A stretch of DNA of 50,035 nucleotides from Fonticula alba ATCC 38817 (GCA_000388065.2 KB932213.1); one strand, 5' to 3'. Counted from the stretch's first letter, positions 22,170 to 36,200 are shown. Notes: a model not told the origin generated them from the letters alone. Numbers and translations are program-made.

Positions 22170-22657
22170 ATGTATCTTTTGCGCTAGACGCGCTTTTTGC
22201 CTGTTGCTCTCCCGGGCCCCCAAGTTGCGGAGCGNNNNNNNNNNNNNNNNNNNNNNNNNNNNNNNNNNNNNNNNNNNNNNNNNNNNNNNNNNNNNNNNNN
22301 NNNNNNNNNNNNNNNNNNNNNNNNNNNNNNNNNNNNNNNNNNNNNNNNNNNNNNNNNNNNNNNNNNNNNNNNNNNNNNNNNNNNNNNNNNNNNNNNNNNN
22401 NNNNNNNNNNNNNNNNNNNNNNNNNNNNNNNNNNNNNNNNNNNNNNNNNNNNNNNNNNNNNNNNNNNNNNNNNNNNNNNNNNNNNNNNNNNNNNNNNNNN
22501 NNNNNNNNNNNNNNNNNNNNNNNNNNNNNNNNNNNNNNNNNNNNNNNNNNNNNNNNNNNNNNNNNNNNNNNNNNNNNNNNNNNNNNNNNNNNNNNNNNNN
22601 NNNNNNNNNNNNNNNNNNNNNNNNNNNNNGAGCGAAGGGGCCACCCGAGCCGCGGCG

Positions 22658-24694
22658 ATGGCCCGCGATCTGGACGCCGTCCGCGCGCGCCTCACCACCA
22701 GCCTCTCCTCACTGACCGAGTCCTCCAAGGCCCTGCGCGCGGCGCGCTCCGATGCCAAGCGCCACGCCGAGGCCCTCGCCCGCGAGCGGACCTTCCGCGA
22801 GGTGTGTCCACGCATGCACCGGCCCGGCGCCCGGCGCCCGGCGCCCATCCTCTCCCTCCCCGATCCTGCCTGACACTGACGCCCCTCCGCGCCGCCGCCG
22901 CCGCCGCTGGCAGAATGAGACCCGCCGGCTGGAGACCGAGGTATTTAAACTCCGGCAGCAGGTGGCCCAGCAGCTGACGTCGCGCACCGGGGCCGGGCGC
23001 GCGCCGACCCGCGACGCCGGCCACGGTGCGCGCGTCCGCGTTCTCAACCGCCCGGACCCCACCCCTGCGCTGGCTGCCGCCCCGGGCAAGGTGCGTGCCC
23101 CTTCGAGAACCGCCCGTAGCGGCCCCTCCTCGCCCTCCACTCCGGCCCCTTGCCGCCCGCCGCTGACGCCCGAGAGCCGCCCCCCCCCCCTCCCTCCCCA
23201 GCCGTCCAAGCCCGAGGCCGAGGCCCTGCAGCTGGCCCGGTCGGCGCTGGCCACGGAAAACCGCCATCTCGGCCAGGAGAACGCCAAGCTCCGGCTAGCC
23301 ATGTCCCTCCTTTGCCAGATGCTCCTGACCATTGGCGACATCTCGGCCGTCATCACGCCGTCCGAGGTGCGCGGCCCGCTGCCTCTGCCCGTACCCGCCC
23401 CGCCCCGCTTCTGACCCTGGCGCACGGGCGCACATCCGTGACATTCGCAAAAAAAAAACCAACACCCGCACGCGCAGTGCACCGCCCTGTCGTACCACTT
23501 CCCGCGCCTGGCTGCCGGCCCGGCGGTCGTCCTGCCCAAGATCCCGGCCGCCCAGTCGCACTCCATGACCAGCGCCCAGTGGGTGTCGGCCATCACACAC
23601 GGGGCCCCGGCCTTTGAGCTCAATGTACGTCCGGCCCGGTGCCTCCCTGTGCCTGCCCTCTCCTCGTACCTCCCCCCCAGTGAGCATCCCTCGAAGCTGA
23701 CCGCCCGCCTTGCCGCCGGCCCTCCCCCCCCCCCCCCCGCCCCGCCCCCTGCCACAAGCCCTCCTATCCGCCGCCGGACCACTTCGATGACCGGCTCATC
23801 TCGCTGGGGTTCCGCATCGCGCACGAGGCCATCCGGCAATTTGCCTTCCTAGATGAGGCCGGCCCTCTGGGCGGCGGCCCGGACGGGGACAGCCCCATCC
23901 CGGGCGTTTCGCTCCGGTGCCCAGACTCTCCGGGCCCGGCCGAGGAGGTGTCGAATCTCCGGGCCGAGTTGGCCGCCGCCCAGGCTCGCCTCTCGGACAT
24001 GGATGCCCTCGGCCGCCAGGTGGACGACCTTACCCGGGCCTTGCGTGCGTGCAGCACGCCCCTCTCCGGCTCAATCCCAATCGCACCTGCCTCCCTGACC
24101 CCATGCGCCCCTGCCCGCCCCCGCCCCCTCCCCTGCCTGGTAGAGCACGAGCGCCAGCAGCACCAGATCCTGCAAAAGAAGGCCGATTCCGCCGCGCCCC
24201 CTGCGTATGTCCCCTCCCCCCTCCGCCAGCACCAGCCCCACTCGCGTCCCGGTCTCACATCTGCCGAATGCATACACACACACACACATGGACGTGGACA
24301 TGGCGTCTCAGTCCCGCTCAAGCACAGCTTGACCAGGACCGCCAAGCGCTCCGCCAATGGGCGCAAGAACTTCAGAAAGAGGCCGCATCCGTGGCCGAGG
24401 CACGCAGCGCTCTCGAGGTGCGGCTGCACATCCCCCTGCCCCTTCCCCGCCCCTTTCCCCCGGCTGATCCGCTCCTGCCCGCCCTGCCCCCCGCCACGCA
24501 TCCATGCACAACCCCAGTCCGAGCAGCGCCGCTACGAACTCACCCGCCAGCGAGACCTGCTTGTGGAGCAGCTCCGACTGGCCAACATCAGCCCGCCGGC
24601 GGCCGCAGGGACGCTCCCAGCCACCTCGACACCGCCGCCCGCGGCCGCCGGCTCAGCACCACACCCATATCCCCTGTACGGGGGGCCGGTATAG
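22658..24694 (+). CDS. Hypothetical coiled-coil protein; join(22658..22801,22914..23090,23202..23366,23478..23624,23759..24044,24144..24204,24312..24417,24518..24694), ~420 aa; upstream exons may lie in the gap
   Basis: Seven phase-compatible introns (one needs an AAG acceptor at 23756-23758); total 1263 nt. Heptad-rich segments include NETRRLETEVFKLRQQV, EEVSNLRAELAAAQARLSDM and QLDQDRQALRQWAQELQKE. Confidence 0.72.
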
Positions 24695-25577
24695 TGGGCG
24701 TGCGCGGGAAGGGGCGTGCCGCCGCCCCCCCCCCCCCCCCTTCTCTGCCCCTGACACCAACCACAAAATATAGAATACGCCCCATGTTAGCGCGCGGCTG
24801 CAGGAGAGGGGCCTCACCGAGCCCCTCCCCGTGCGGAGAAATGATGTTGTGGGTCTATTCTGAGAGGTGGCGTCTCTGTCTGCGCGCGAGAGGACGTGCG
24901 CGCGTACACACGCGTCCGAGTGCAGGAGGCCACCGCTTCCATTGCCCCTGGACCAGCAGCAGGGCAGGGCGCGCGCTCGCCTTTCCCCCCTCGGCCTCCC
25001 CCCGCCCAGCGGGAGGGGGGGGGGGGGGGAGCGGAGAGGGGCGCGCGCGCGCGCATACTCAAAGGTGTTTGCCGTGCGTAGAAAGCACGGCAGAAGAAAG
25101 GGCACGCGCGTGTGACTGCACGGGCGTGACCGTGGATCATGCAGCCCTCCCCTCGTGGCAGGCGTCATCACTGCCATTGTGAGACGCAAGATGGAGGAGA
25201 GAGAGGCGGGGGGGGATACAGCCACCAGGGCCCTGGTACCCGGCCCCNNNNNNNNNNNNNNNNNNNNNNNNNNNNNNNNNNNNNNNNNNNNNNNNNNNNN
25301 NNNNNNNNNNNNNNNNNNNNNNNNNNNNNNNNNNNNNNNNNNNNNNNNNNNNNNNNNNNNNNNNNNNNNNNNNNNNNNNNNNNNNNNNNNNNNNNNNNNN
25401 NNNNNNNNNNNNNNNNNNNNNNNNNNNNNNNNNNNNNNNNNNNNNNNNNNNNNNNNNNNNNNNNNNNCCCGCCGCCCCGTCTCGCCCCGCCGGCGGCCAG
25501 GCCTCCCCCGTGTGTGGGGAGGGGGGGGGGGGCCACACGCAGCCACAACTACCGCCTCGCTTCCGCCCCCGGCCGGT

Positions 25578-27200
25578 TTACAGATCGTCGACCGTCAAGA
25601 ACTCCTGACCGTCGGCACCACCAAAGTGCGACAGGTCCGTGGCGAAGGGGTTCCGCTGCAGGTCCCCGGGCACCTTGATGGCGGCGGCAGTGGCAGCAGC
25701 CTCATCGAAGGGCCTGCTGAGGGACCCGGACAGGGAGGCAGCCGAGGACGACCAGTCATGCACGCTGCTGACGCTGCCGCCACTGAGCAGCTGGCTGGCG
25801 CCGGCATCGACCGGGGAGGACATGCCGCCAAGGCCGAGCTCCGCCTTCGGGCCGCCACCACCACCACCACCGCCGCCGCCGTTGCTCGGAGCACCGGCCG
25901 CCGAGGAAGCGGCCGCGGGGGGGGTGGCCCCGGCGACGGCAGCAGGAGCGGGCGACACGGCAGCCCCCATGAAGAAGGGATTCGGCGCCCAGCCACCGGC
26001 GATCGGCAGCTCGACCGGGGCATTCTGCTGCTTCTCCCTTGCGGACAGGAGCGGCTGCTGGTCGCCGGCCGGGCGACGCGGGCCACCATGGCCGCCGCCG
26101 CCGCCGCCGCCGCCACCGCCGCCGGCCGCCGACGAGGTGGTCACGCTGCGCAGCAGCGACACCCGCGGCGAGGGGGCCGGCGTGCCGGACAGCGACTTGG
26201 ACTTGGACGAGCCGACGACGCCGCCCGGTGCCACGGCCCGGAGGCCGCTGCCAGCGGCGGCGGGCCCACTCGGAGGGGGGGGCAGCGGCCGCAGCGCCGT
26301 GGCCGGCGACGATCCCACCGAGAAGGGGTGCTGCTGCTGCGGCGGCGCCATCGCCACAGCCACAGGCAGCCCCTCGGCCAGCGACGGCGACAGCGAGGAC
26401 AAGGAGGACCCCGGGCCGCCTGTCACCACCACCTGCCGGAGCTCATGCGACTCGGGCATGCCGATCTCCGGCGTCGAGCGGAAGAGCCCGCGCCGGGTGG
26501 CCGGCGCGGCCACGCCGTCATCCTCGATGTCCAGGGCCGAGGCCCGCTCGGCCGACGAGGGGGCCGCCCAGCGCGAGGAGCTTGGCCCGGCCGCCAGCCG
26601 GTCAATCATCCGGCCCAGGGCATAGACCGGGGCAAAGAGCGCCGCCCGGGCCCGGACCACGAGACCCTGCGGCCGGACGGCGTCGCCCTCGGCCGCCGAG
26701 CCGACCGTCGGCCGGCGGTACCGCCGCAACGCCAGCGACGACAGGACCACCGACACCGACGACAGGGACATGGCCATGCTGGCCACGATCGGCGGCATCA
26801 GGATGCCCACCGGCACCAGCACACCGGCCGCAATCGGGATCACCACAATGTTGTAGATGGTGGCCCACACGAAGTTGTACTGAATCCGCCGGTAGGTCGA
26901 CCGGCTCAGGTCGATGGCCGTCACCACGTCGAACAGGTCGTTGTTGATGAGGACAATGTCGGCTGGGGCCATGCGTGCCGCCGGAGCACGAGCGAGGCAG
27001 GGCCCAGGGAAGCAGGGGCACAGCGCGAGAGGGCGGGAAAGTCAGCAAGGCCATCCGAGAGGAGCCCCCGACTGCCGGGGGGGGGGCACGGAGGTGGTGA
27101 TGGCGGATGGTGATAGCACTGATGACGAGTCGCGGGAGACAGAGAGGGAGAAAGGGGGCATCGAGGAGAGAATGCCGAAAAGCTGGCTGGCTGGCTGGCC

Positions 27201-27260
<60 letters not shown>

Positions 27261-28285
27261 AACAAACAAACAAACAGACAGACAGACAAGCAGACAGACG
27301 GAAAAACAGAAAAAAAAAACAGAAAAAAACACAGAAAACCAGACGTACCAGCCTCCACAGCCACGTCGGTCCCCGCGCCAAGGGCAATGCCCACATCGGC
27401 TTGGGCCAGGGACGGCGAGTCATTGATCCCGTCGCCGACCATGGCCACCACGCGCATGGCCGTCTCGGGGGAGCTGCGCGACACGCCAGACCGCCGGGGC
27501 CCGCCGGACTGCTGGCCGGCCTCCAGATCGAGGCCGGCAGGGTCGGCGATGGCCGCATCCGGGCCCAGGAAGTCCCGGATGACCGACGACGGGCCCAGAT
27601 GCCCCGGGTCCCGGGCGTTCAGCGCCCCGATCCCCTGCAGCAGGCGGATGTAATCGATCTTCCCCTCGGGCCGGGCCTCGGAGCAGATGTGCGACGCGTC
27701 GACGCCCACCTGCCGGGCGATGGCCGCCGCCGTGGACCGCTGATCGCCGGTCAGCATGTGCACCTGGATGCCCATGGCCTTCAGCCGGAGGATGGCCTCG
27801 CGCGAGTGGGCCTTCGGCCGATCCGACAGCCCGACAAACCCGGCCAGCCGGCCGGCCGCCGCCGCGTAGATCACCGTCTGGCCCTCCTGCTCGAGGAAGC
27901 GCGCCTCGTCGATGGCCAGCCGATCGGAGTCGGTCAGCCGCGCGGGGCCGCCCCCGCCGCCGGGCGGGGCGCCAGCCTCCGGCTCCGCCGCCTCCGGCTC
28001 CTCCTCCTCCTCCGCGCCATCCTCCGCGTCACCGCACACGAAGCGCCGGTTCCCGACGCGCACCGCGACCGACGGGCCACCACGCGACGGCACCAGTGTC
28101 GCGACAATGCCACTACCGACCACCACATCAAAGGAGTCCACCGTGAAGGCCGCCAACGCTTCCTTCGACAGATTCTACAGCCGGATGAGCGCACGCGCCC
28201 AAAGGCCATGAGCCGGGGGGGGGGGGGGGGGAGGGGAGGAGGCGCGGTGTGTGAGAGAGACGCGCCAAACGGGGGGTGGCTGCAC

Positions 28286-28318
<33 letters not shown>

Positions 28319-31300
28319 CCGCCAAAGAAAGGGGGGGTGGAAAGGCAAAGGGAAGAGGGAGGGAGGCTCACGCACCTGCTGCGCGAAGTGAACCAGCGAT
28401 TGGGCCAGCGGGTGCTCGGAGTTGGCCTCGGCCGCGGCCAGCAACGACCAGAAGGTCTGCTCCGCCGGGGTCAGGGCCCCGGGGTTGGCGGCGCCCGACC
28501 GGGCCGGCGCCGCGGCCAGGCTGGCCCGGCTGCCGGCCGGTGTGGAGGCGGCGGTCGAGCCCGATGCCCGGCCCCCCCCGGTGCTGCTGGAGGTCGCCGG
28601 CCGGACCAGCGACAGCTGCGGCCCGGAGAGCAGGGCCCCGGGCCGGGCGTCTGTCATGACCCGGTATGCCGAGATGGTCAGCTTTCCCTGGGTGATGGTG
28701 CCGGTCTTGTCGAAGACCACGTCGGTGATTCGGTGGCCAAGCTCCAGCGGCTGGCCGCCCTTGATCAGGACCCCGAGCCCGGCCCCGACGCCGGTGCCCA
28801 CCATGACGGCGGTTGGCGTGGCGAGCCCCAGGGCGCAGGGGCACGACACAACGATCACGGTGATGCTGCGTGCGCGCGAGGTCGCCCCAGAGCGGGCAAA
28901 AGGGTCAGTACGAGGGATAGCCCGCGCTCCAGGGGGGGGGGATCTGGCGTGCAGGAGGGGGGGCGAGAGAAGAGGAGAGAGAAGAGAAAGAAGCGAGAGA
29001 GGAAGAGAAAGAAGCGAGAGAGAGGAAGAGAAAAAGAGAGGGAAATAAAAAAGAGAACGAAAAAGAGAACGAAAAAGAGAACGAAAAAGAGAACGAAAAA
29101 GAGAACGAAAAAGAGAGAGAGATAGAGAAAAGGCGCCAGGCAACGCAGAGCAAGCACGCACCACAGACGCAGCGCAAAGGAAAAGGTATTCATGGTGGCA
29201 TCGCCCATCTCCGGGTCGGCGTCGGCCGACGCGGCCCCAATCCCAAACATGCCGGCGTGCATGGACACCGGCGGCGAGTAGCCGCCCACCTTGATCAGGA
29301 GCATCCAGAAGACGAACGTGCACGCGGCCAGGCCCAGGACCGCCGGCACAAAGATCCCGGCAATGCGATCGGCATACTGCTGGATCGGGGCCTTGGACAT
29401 CTGGGCCTGGCCCACCAGCCGGGCAATCTGCGACAGGGCCGTGTCGTCCCCGGTGCGGGTGACCCGCATCAGCAGCGCGCCGGTCTGGTTGACCGTCCCG
29501 CCGATGACCCCGGACCCGGGGCGCTTGGTCACCGGGATGGCCTCGCCGGTGACCAGGGACTCATCCACATGCGACTGGCCCCAGACCACCTCGCCATCGG
29601 TGGGGACCCGCTCGCCCGGGGCCACACGCAGCACGTCCCCCACCTCCACCAGATCCAGGGCCAGGAGCTCCGCATCATCGACAGCCCCGGTGGCCGGGTC
29701 GAATTGCACCAGCGTCGCGGCCGACGGCTTCAGCGACAACAGGCGAATGAGCGCCTCGGAGGTCTTGCCCTTGGCCAGATTCTCCAAGTACCGGCCGAGC
29801 GTGACAAACGTGACCAACTACACGCCCGGGCACCGACGCGAGGGAGGGGCCGCCGGGCAAGGAGGGCCAGAAGAGGAAGTGAAGCGCCGGGNNNNNNNNN
29901 NNNNNNNNNNNNNNNNNNNNNNNNNNNNNNNNNNNNNNNNNNNNNNNNNNNNNNNNNNNNNNNNNNNNNNNNNNNNNNNNNNNNNNNNNNNNNNNNNNNN
30001 NNNNNNNNNNNNNNNNNNNNNNNNNNNNNNNNNNNNNNNNNNNNNNNNNNNNNNNNNNNNNNNNNNNNNNNNNNNNNNNNNNNNNNNNNNNNNNNNNNNN
30101 NNNNNNNNNNNNNNNNNNNNNNNNNNNNNNNNNNNNNNNNNNNNNNNNNNNNNNNNNNNNNNNNNNNNNNNNNNNNNNNNNNNNNNNNNNNNNNNNNNNN
30201 NNNNNNNNNNNNNNNNNNNNNNNNNNNNNNNNNNNNNNNNNNNNNNNNNNNNNNNNNNNNNNNNNNNNNNNNNNNNNNNNNNNNNNNNNNNGGGGGGGGG
30301 GGAGGCGCGCGGGGACATCCCCCGAGAGGGGAGCCGCGAGCAGAGCAAGCCCATCCCCGAGACATGGGAGGTCAGCCGGTGGCCAGGCGAGGAGAGGCGC
30401 TGAGGCACACTGTGCGGAGGGGAAAAGAAGAGGGAAAGAAAGAAGAAGAGGGAAAGCCCCGGGAGCAGGACACAAAGAGAGGGACGGGGCCGGCACGCAC
30501 CTGCACAGGCGTCGTCAACAGCAGGAGGATCAGGTTGCCCAGGTACAGCCCGGGAACGAGCTCGATGCGCACAAAGGACTTGACCGCCGGCACCTCCATC
30601 AGGACCATGTCCAGCATGAACACGGGCAGGGTGAAGATGAGCGCCGTGAAGAAGTCCCGCCGCCAGCGGCGGACTTCGGACGCGCGCGACAAAGCCGCCG
30701 CCGTGGACCCGGCATCCGGGCCGGCGGCCGCCCCGGCCGCCGCGGCGTCCGGATCGGACGCACGCGCACGCGCGCGCCACTCGCCCACACTTTCGCCCGG
30801 CAGCCGGGGCACCCGGTCTGTGGCCGGACCGGCGGCCCCCGCCGGCCCGCCCGAGTCGTCCCGGCCCGGCGTGCGGATGTGGATGGCCGTCGAGGGGAAC
30901 CCCGCGGAGGAGATTTCCCGCGCGATGCCCTCCAAGGAGATGATCTCCGGGTTGAAGACCACCTCGGCCTGCTCGGCCAGCAGGGCCACGCGGATCTCCA
31001 GCAGCCCGGGGACCTTGCGCGCGTGGCGCTCAATCGAGCTGACACACGAGCCACACGTCATGCCTTTGACCACGAGATGCCCGGTCTTCGGCCGGGAGCC
31101 GGGCGACTGGGGCCTGCGAGAGCCGGCGGTGGCGGTAGTGGCGGTGGTGGTGGTGGTGGTGGTGGTGGTGGTGGTGGTGGTGGCAACAGTGGCGGCGGCG
31201 GTGGCGGCGGCCCGGGGAGGAGGGACAGCCGCGGTGGGTCCGGCCCCGACACCGACGCCGGTACTCGCCGGGGCCGAGCCCCACACCGGCGGCGAAAGTG

Positions 31301-32047
31301 CATCCGCAGACAGGCCGCCCCGGTCGGACTTGCTGGCTGCCAGCGAGATGGTAGATGCATCACTCGGCGGGCCGAGGAACGTGCTCGGCGGCGGCGGCGA
31401 GGATGCCGTGGCGGTCTCGGCCGCCGGCAAGGACGACATGACCGACGACATGCCTCGCCCTCCTGGCGATTCGGCAGACGGAGAGTCCTCGGCGGCTGGG
31501 AGGGCGCCAGCCGGCTTTTGGACGGCGGCACCGGGCACAAGGGATGCCGCCGGGGCCGGGGGGGCCTCCGGACTGGCCGCCAGCGACAGCGGCTCAAAAT
31601 GGACATCCTCCAGGTCGAAGGGCGACACCAGCTCGAACCCGAGGTCCTCGGCGAAGGCGCCCACCGAGTGCAGCGCATCGGCCAGGTCCCGGGCATGGGC
31701 GAACAGGAGCGCCGCATGCCCGGGGACCGGCACATCGAAGCCGGTGCACCCGCCTGGGAAGCCGGCGCCGGACCCGGCTGCCCGACCGGCGGCAGGGGCC
31801 GGCTGCTGGGTCAGCGTGTCGGTCAGGGCGTTGCTCAGCTTGCGCACGCACGACCGGCACCGCATGCCGGTCAGGGTCAGCGGCAGGCTGGAAAGGGGTG
31901 TCCAACGGCGGGTGTTAAAAAAGGCAGGCAGACGCCGGGAGGGCGCGACCGCCGGGAGGCACACATCAGGGTGAGCGAGGGGAGAGGAAGGTGGCACGCC
32001 CGGTGAAGGGGGGGGGGACCGTGCACATGTGGTCGCACGCCCGGGCA

Positions 32048-32087
<40 letters not shown>

Positions 32088-33217
32088 CGCCTCGGCGCAC
32101 ACGCACCGGAGGTGGGGAATTCGCGCCCGGGCCACGGCCACCGTGAAACCGGACATCTCGGCCAGAGCCACCAGCGCATCGAAGAAGACCTCGATCGCCG
32201 GGCCGGCGGCCCCCGGCGAGGCCCCGGTCCACAGGAGCAGCTCGCCCTGCCCGGCGCGCGGGTCGATCTGCGGCCGCGTGAGGAGGCGCAATTCGGCCTC
32301 GGCCGCCGCGTCGCCGGCCAGCGAGGCGAGGAGGTTGGCGCATGACCGACATGTCATGCCCTCGATCTGTGGCCGTGGGGGCACGATCGCACGTGCGTGC
32401 GCGCGCGTGCGCATGGCCGCGACCGCCGGAGAAGGCACGCGGTCGGCGGGCGCAGCAGCAGCACCGACCGGCAAACGGCCGCAAGCGCAAGGCCCATGCC
32501 AAGGTTGCATACACTCGAGGGTGTCAGACATGCGGCCGGGTGGGAACGGCGGCGGCGGCAGTCGGAGAGAAGGAGAGACCATCGCCCGAGGCGCACCTTC
32601 AGGGAGAAATGCCACAGCAGCGGCGCGCCATCGGTCACCGGCGTGGCGGACAGGGCCACATCGGAAAAGAGCGGCCCGGCGTCGGCCCCGGCGTCAGGGA
32701 CAACGGCCTCGGTGGGCTGCGCACGCAGGAGCACAAGCAGCCGCGCCACGCGGTCCTGCAGCCCGCCGTCGCTCAAGCCCGACGAGGCCACCAGGACCAG
32801 GACATGGCGCGGGTCGCCGGCCTCGGCGGGCTCCTCGATGGGGGCGTCGCTGATGAAGCAGGAGCCTGTGTGTGTGTGCGCGCGCGCGCGCGCGGTTCAG
32901 GCGCAGAGAGCAGGCAAGCATGGCCCCGGAGGTTGGGTAAGGTGGGGGGGAGGGGGGGGGGAGGGGGAGCCGTCAGCAGGGACAGAGGGGCGAGGGGGGC
33001 ACCGGAGGAGGGGGGGGGGGAGGGCTCGAGATCACGCACCGAGGGGAAAGCCGGCCTCGGCCGCCAGCGAGGCCACCAGGGCCGTGAGTGGCTGTTCGAC
33101 CGTCGACAGGGGCAGCCGGCTGCGCAGGTCGACGCACACCAGGGCCGGGTCAGGGGCGGCCGGCGCATCGGGCGCCAGCGGCAGGCGGCCCTGCATGGCC
33201 CAGGTCGGTCCAGTCAT
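25578..33217 (-). CDS. ATP7: P1B-type copper-transporting ATPase (ATP7/Ccc2-like); visible exons 33217-33040, 32865-32597, 32366-32107, 31887-30501, [exon(s) lost in gap 29892-30291], 29817-29162, 28865-28376, 28174-27349, 26962-25578
   Basis: Three HMA motifs (GMTCRSC, GMRCRSC, GMTCGSC), [39 protein letters not shown] and MSLSSVSV (Cu+ signatures). GT-AG junctions are phase-compatible. Confidence 0.95.
27182..27260. repeat. Intronic (GGCT)n tetranucleotide microsatellite followed by (AAAC)/(AGAC) runs
   Basis: About 20 copies inside the ATPase intron 26963-27348. Confidence 0.9.
29048..29117. repeat. Intronic 12-bp tandem repeat (aaaaagagaacg) x5 plus a partial copy
   Basis: Inside the ATPase intron 28866-29161. 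Confidence 0.9.
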
Positions 33218-36200
33218 GTATCAGGCTATGGCGCACGCACGCGCGCGCACACACACGCACACACGACCGGCCTACTGGCAGGGAGGGCGGGAGGAAATGG
33301 AAGGGGGGGGGGGNNNNNNNNNNNNNNNNNNNNNNNNNNNNNNNNNNNNNNNNNNNNNNNNNNNNNNNNNNNNNNNNNNNNNNNNNNNNNNNNNNNNNNN
33401 NNNNNNNNNNNNNNNNNNNNNNNNNNNNNNNNNNNNNNNNNNNNNNNNNNNNNNNNNNNNNNNNNNNNNNNNNNNNNNNNNNNNNNNNNNNNNNNNNNGA
33501 TTCGGTAGGTCTAATGGGGGCTGCTGGCTCCGCAGAGTGCCCGCGTCCCGGGTATTTGAATGGGGGCCACTGGGCGGCGGCTGTGGTTGGGGCTGGGGCT
33601 GGGGGCTGGGGGCTGGGGGTGGGGCTGGGGCTGGCCGGGCCCGGCCGGTTGCGCGACAATGCGATCGGCCGACCCGGGCGGAGGGGCTTCCCCGCCGGCT
33701 GCCGGGCCCGGCAACCGACAAACGATGGCCGGCCCAGAGTGGTGCGGGCGCCCTCCACAGACGCAGGTGCGGGCGGGGGGCCCGACCAGGGCAACAGCGC
33801 ACCGCGCGCGCCCCCCTCACGAAGCAGCTGGCAGATTGCCATCAGCGGCGCCAGCGGGCGGATCGCGCCCCCCCCCCCCAGGCTGTGTAGCAGCCTCTGC
33901 CGCCCTGGGCGTGCCGCATGCGCGCGCGCGCGGGAGGCGCCGTGCGGCCCTGCGTCGGCTGACCCGGCACATGCCCGCCGTGCGGGGGCGCCCATCGGCC
34001 CGGAGATACCCCCCCCCCCCCTCTCCCGGGTGCCGGCACCCTGCGCAGGCCCCAGCGCCGGGAGGAAATTTAAAAAAAATTCCCCCCCTCCGCCCGGGGG
34101 TGGGCTGCGTACGCCCCCCCCCCCCCCTCACCGGCCGCCCGGCGTGCCCTCCTGCGCAGGGTGGCCGGCTCCAGACGCCAGGAGCCCCCGCGGGGACCGG
34201 CGCGCCCGGGCCGCCCGGCCTGGCCACCCCCGCAGGACCCCGGGCCCGAGCGACCGGCCCCGCACGCCCCCACCCACATCCGCATGCATCGAGACCTCCG
34301 CGCACACACACACACACACACAGCCGCGCCCCGGCCGCCCGGGGCCTTTCGCCGAAGTGGCCTGGAGGCAATCTCGGCGGAAAAACCCCGCCGGACAAAC
34401 AATCATCAGGATGTCATCACACGCCGACCACCGGCCGTGCCGGGCCCTCCCCAGAGCCGGTGGCGGCGGGGGTCCAGCGAGGGAGGGACAGAGAGACCGA
34501 CAGCGGATGGCAGGGGGGCCGGCAACGAAAAAGGGAAGGCACGGACGCACGGAGGGACGGCTGACACCCGGCGCGCGCGCGCGGGGGGACCGCAGCACGC
34601 CCTTTGGGACCGTGGGAAATCCCACGCCAGTTGGCAGCACAGCCCGGACTGGCCTGCGCCCCGGCCAGGTGCGCCTCCTTCCTCTTACTCACCCCCCCGA
34701 CCCTCGGAACCGGTGAGCCCGCCCGCCGGCGCCCGTGCCAGCGTCAGCGCTCTTGCGGCCCCTTCCGCCCAGGGGGCGCCGCCGGCCGGCCGTGGCGGCC
34801 CTGCGCCCTCACAAAAGGCCATCGCCCCCGCACGGGAGGCACGCATGCGGCCCGCGCGAGGAGGGCGCTTGGCGGGGGGGTGGGGGGGGGGGGAACACGG
34901 CCCGGCCTCCCGCGCCCGGCGCCAGCGTACACGCATGGGCCCCGGGCGAGGCTCCCGTGTCTCCCCTCCCCCCCGGCGTTGTTCAGGCTTCAGAGCGACC
35001 CCGGGGCTGGGGCGTGCGGGCCGGCCCTCCCAGCCGGCCCATGTGTCGCCCCGGCGTGAGAGGCGCCGAGCTGGGGGGGGGGCGGGACCCGAGCCAGAGN
35101 NNNNNNNNNNNNNNNNNNNNNNNNNNNNNNNNNNNNNNNNNNNNNNNNNNNNNNNNNNNNNNNNNNNNNNNNNNNNNNNNNNNNNNNNNNNNNNNNNNNN
35201 NNNNNNNNNNNNNNNNNNNNNNNNNNNNNNNNNNNNNNNNNNNNNNNNNNNNNNNNNNNNNNNNNNNNNNNNNNNNNNNNNNNNNNNNNNNNNNNNNNNN
35301 NNNNNNNNNNNNNNNNNNNNNNNNNNNNNNNNNNNNNNNNNNNNNNNNNNNNNNNNNNNNNNNNNNNNNNNNNNNNNNNNNNNCCCCCCCCGCCCCCTGT
35401 TCCCGCGAAGGCAAGCCCGGAGTTTACTCTAACAGGGGATGTTGCCCCAGGGACGACACTCGCACGATGCATGTGCCCTCCCCCTCGCCGGTCGATGCAC
35501 ACACACTCACACGCCCCAGCCGCGCACGTGCCAGTGCCGCCCGGCGGAGCCGGGCCCAGCGGCCCTGGTCCTTCCCCCCCCCCCTGCCTATAAGCCAAGG
35601 AAAAGGCAATATTTTATTGGGAAAAAAAATAAATCCCACCGCAGCCTCCCCAGAGTGCACAACACGCCCACAACATACAATCATCAAAAAGCGCAGGGCG
35701 GGCGCACCGCCCGCGGCTGCCGCGCGCGGCCGAGAAGAACCCCGACGACCGCCGGCCCCGGGCCGGCGCCCCCTACAGCGCGCCCGGCAGAAGTGGCTGA
35801 CCCCGGGGCCGGGGCCGGGGCCGGGGGGGGGGGGGCCGCCTCGGCGATGGGGCTGAGATCTCCGGGCACGCTTTTTTGTTTCTCAGGCCCCGGGCCCCCG
35901 CGGGCCGGCCGCGCCCGGGGCCTTTGTGTTTGTGCGCCGGCCCGTCCGGCTGATGCTGGCCCATGTCGACTGCGTGCCCACAACACAGCCGCGCGCGCGC
36001 ACACATACACGCACACGCCTGCGCAGAGCATACACTTGCGGGCATCACAGCGTGCATACACGTACGTACGCCCGCACGCCCCTGCGCGGCGACGCGTGAG
36101 TTGCCAACCCATCTGCCTGCTCGGGCGCCCAGAGGACACACCCCCCCGCCGGGGCGGTATGCGCGAAGGCGGAGCCCGCGATGCCGCGGCACGGAGGGCG

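Noticed and set aside
25578-33217. Functional metal/ion cluster (Cu-ATPase, MICU, His-rich protein)
   Set aside because: The genes are not adjacent, act on different ions and compartments, and show no shared regulatory motif; co-location is likely coincidental.
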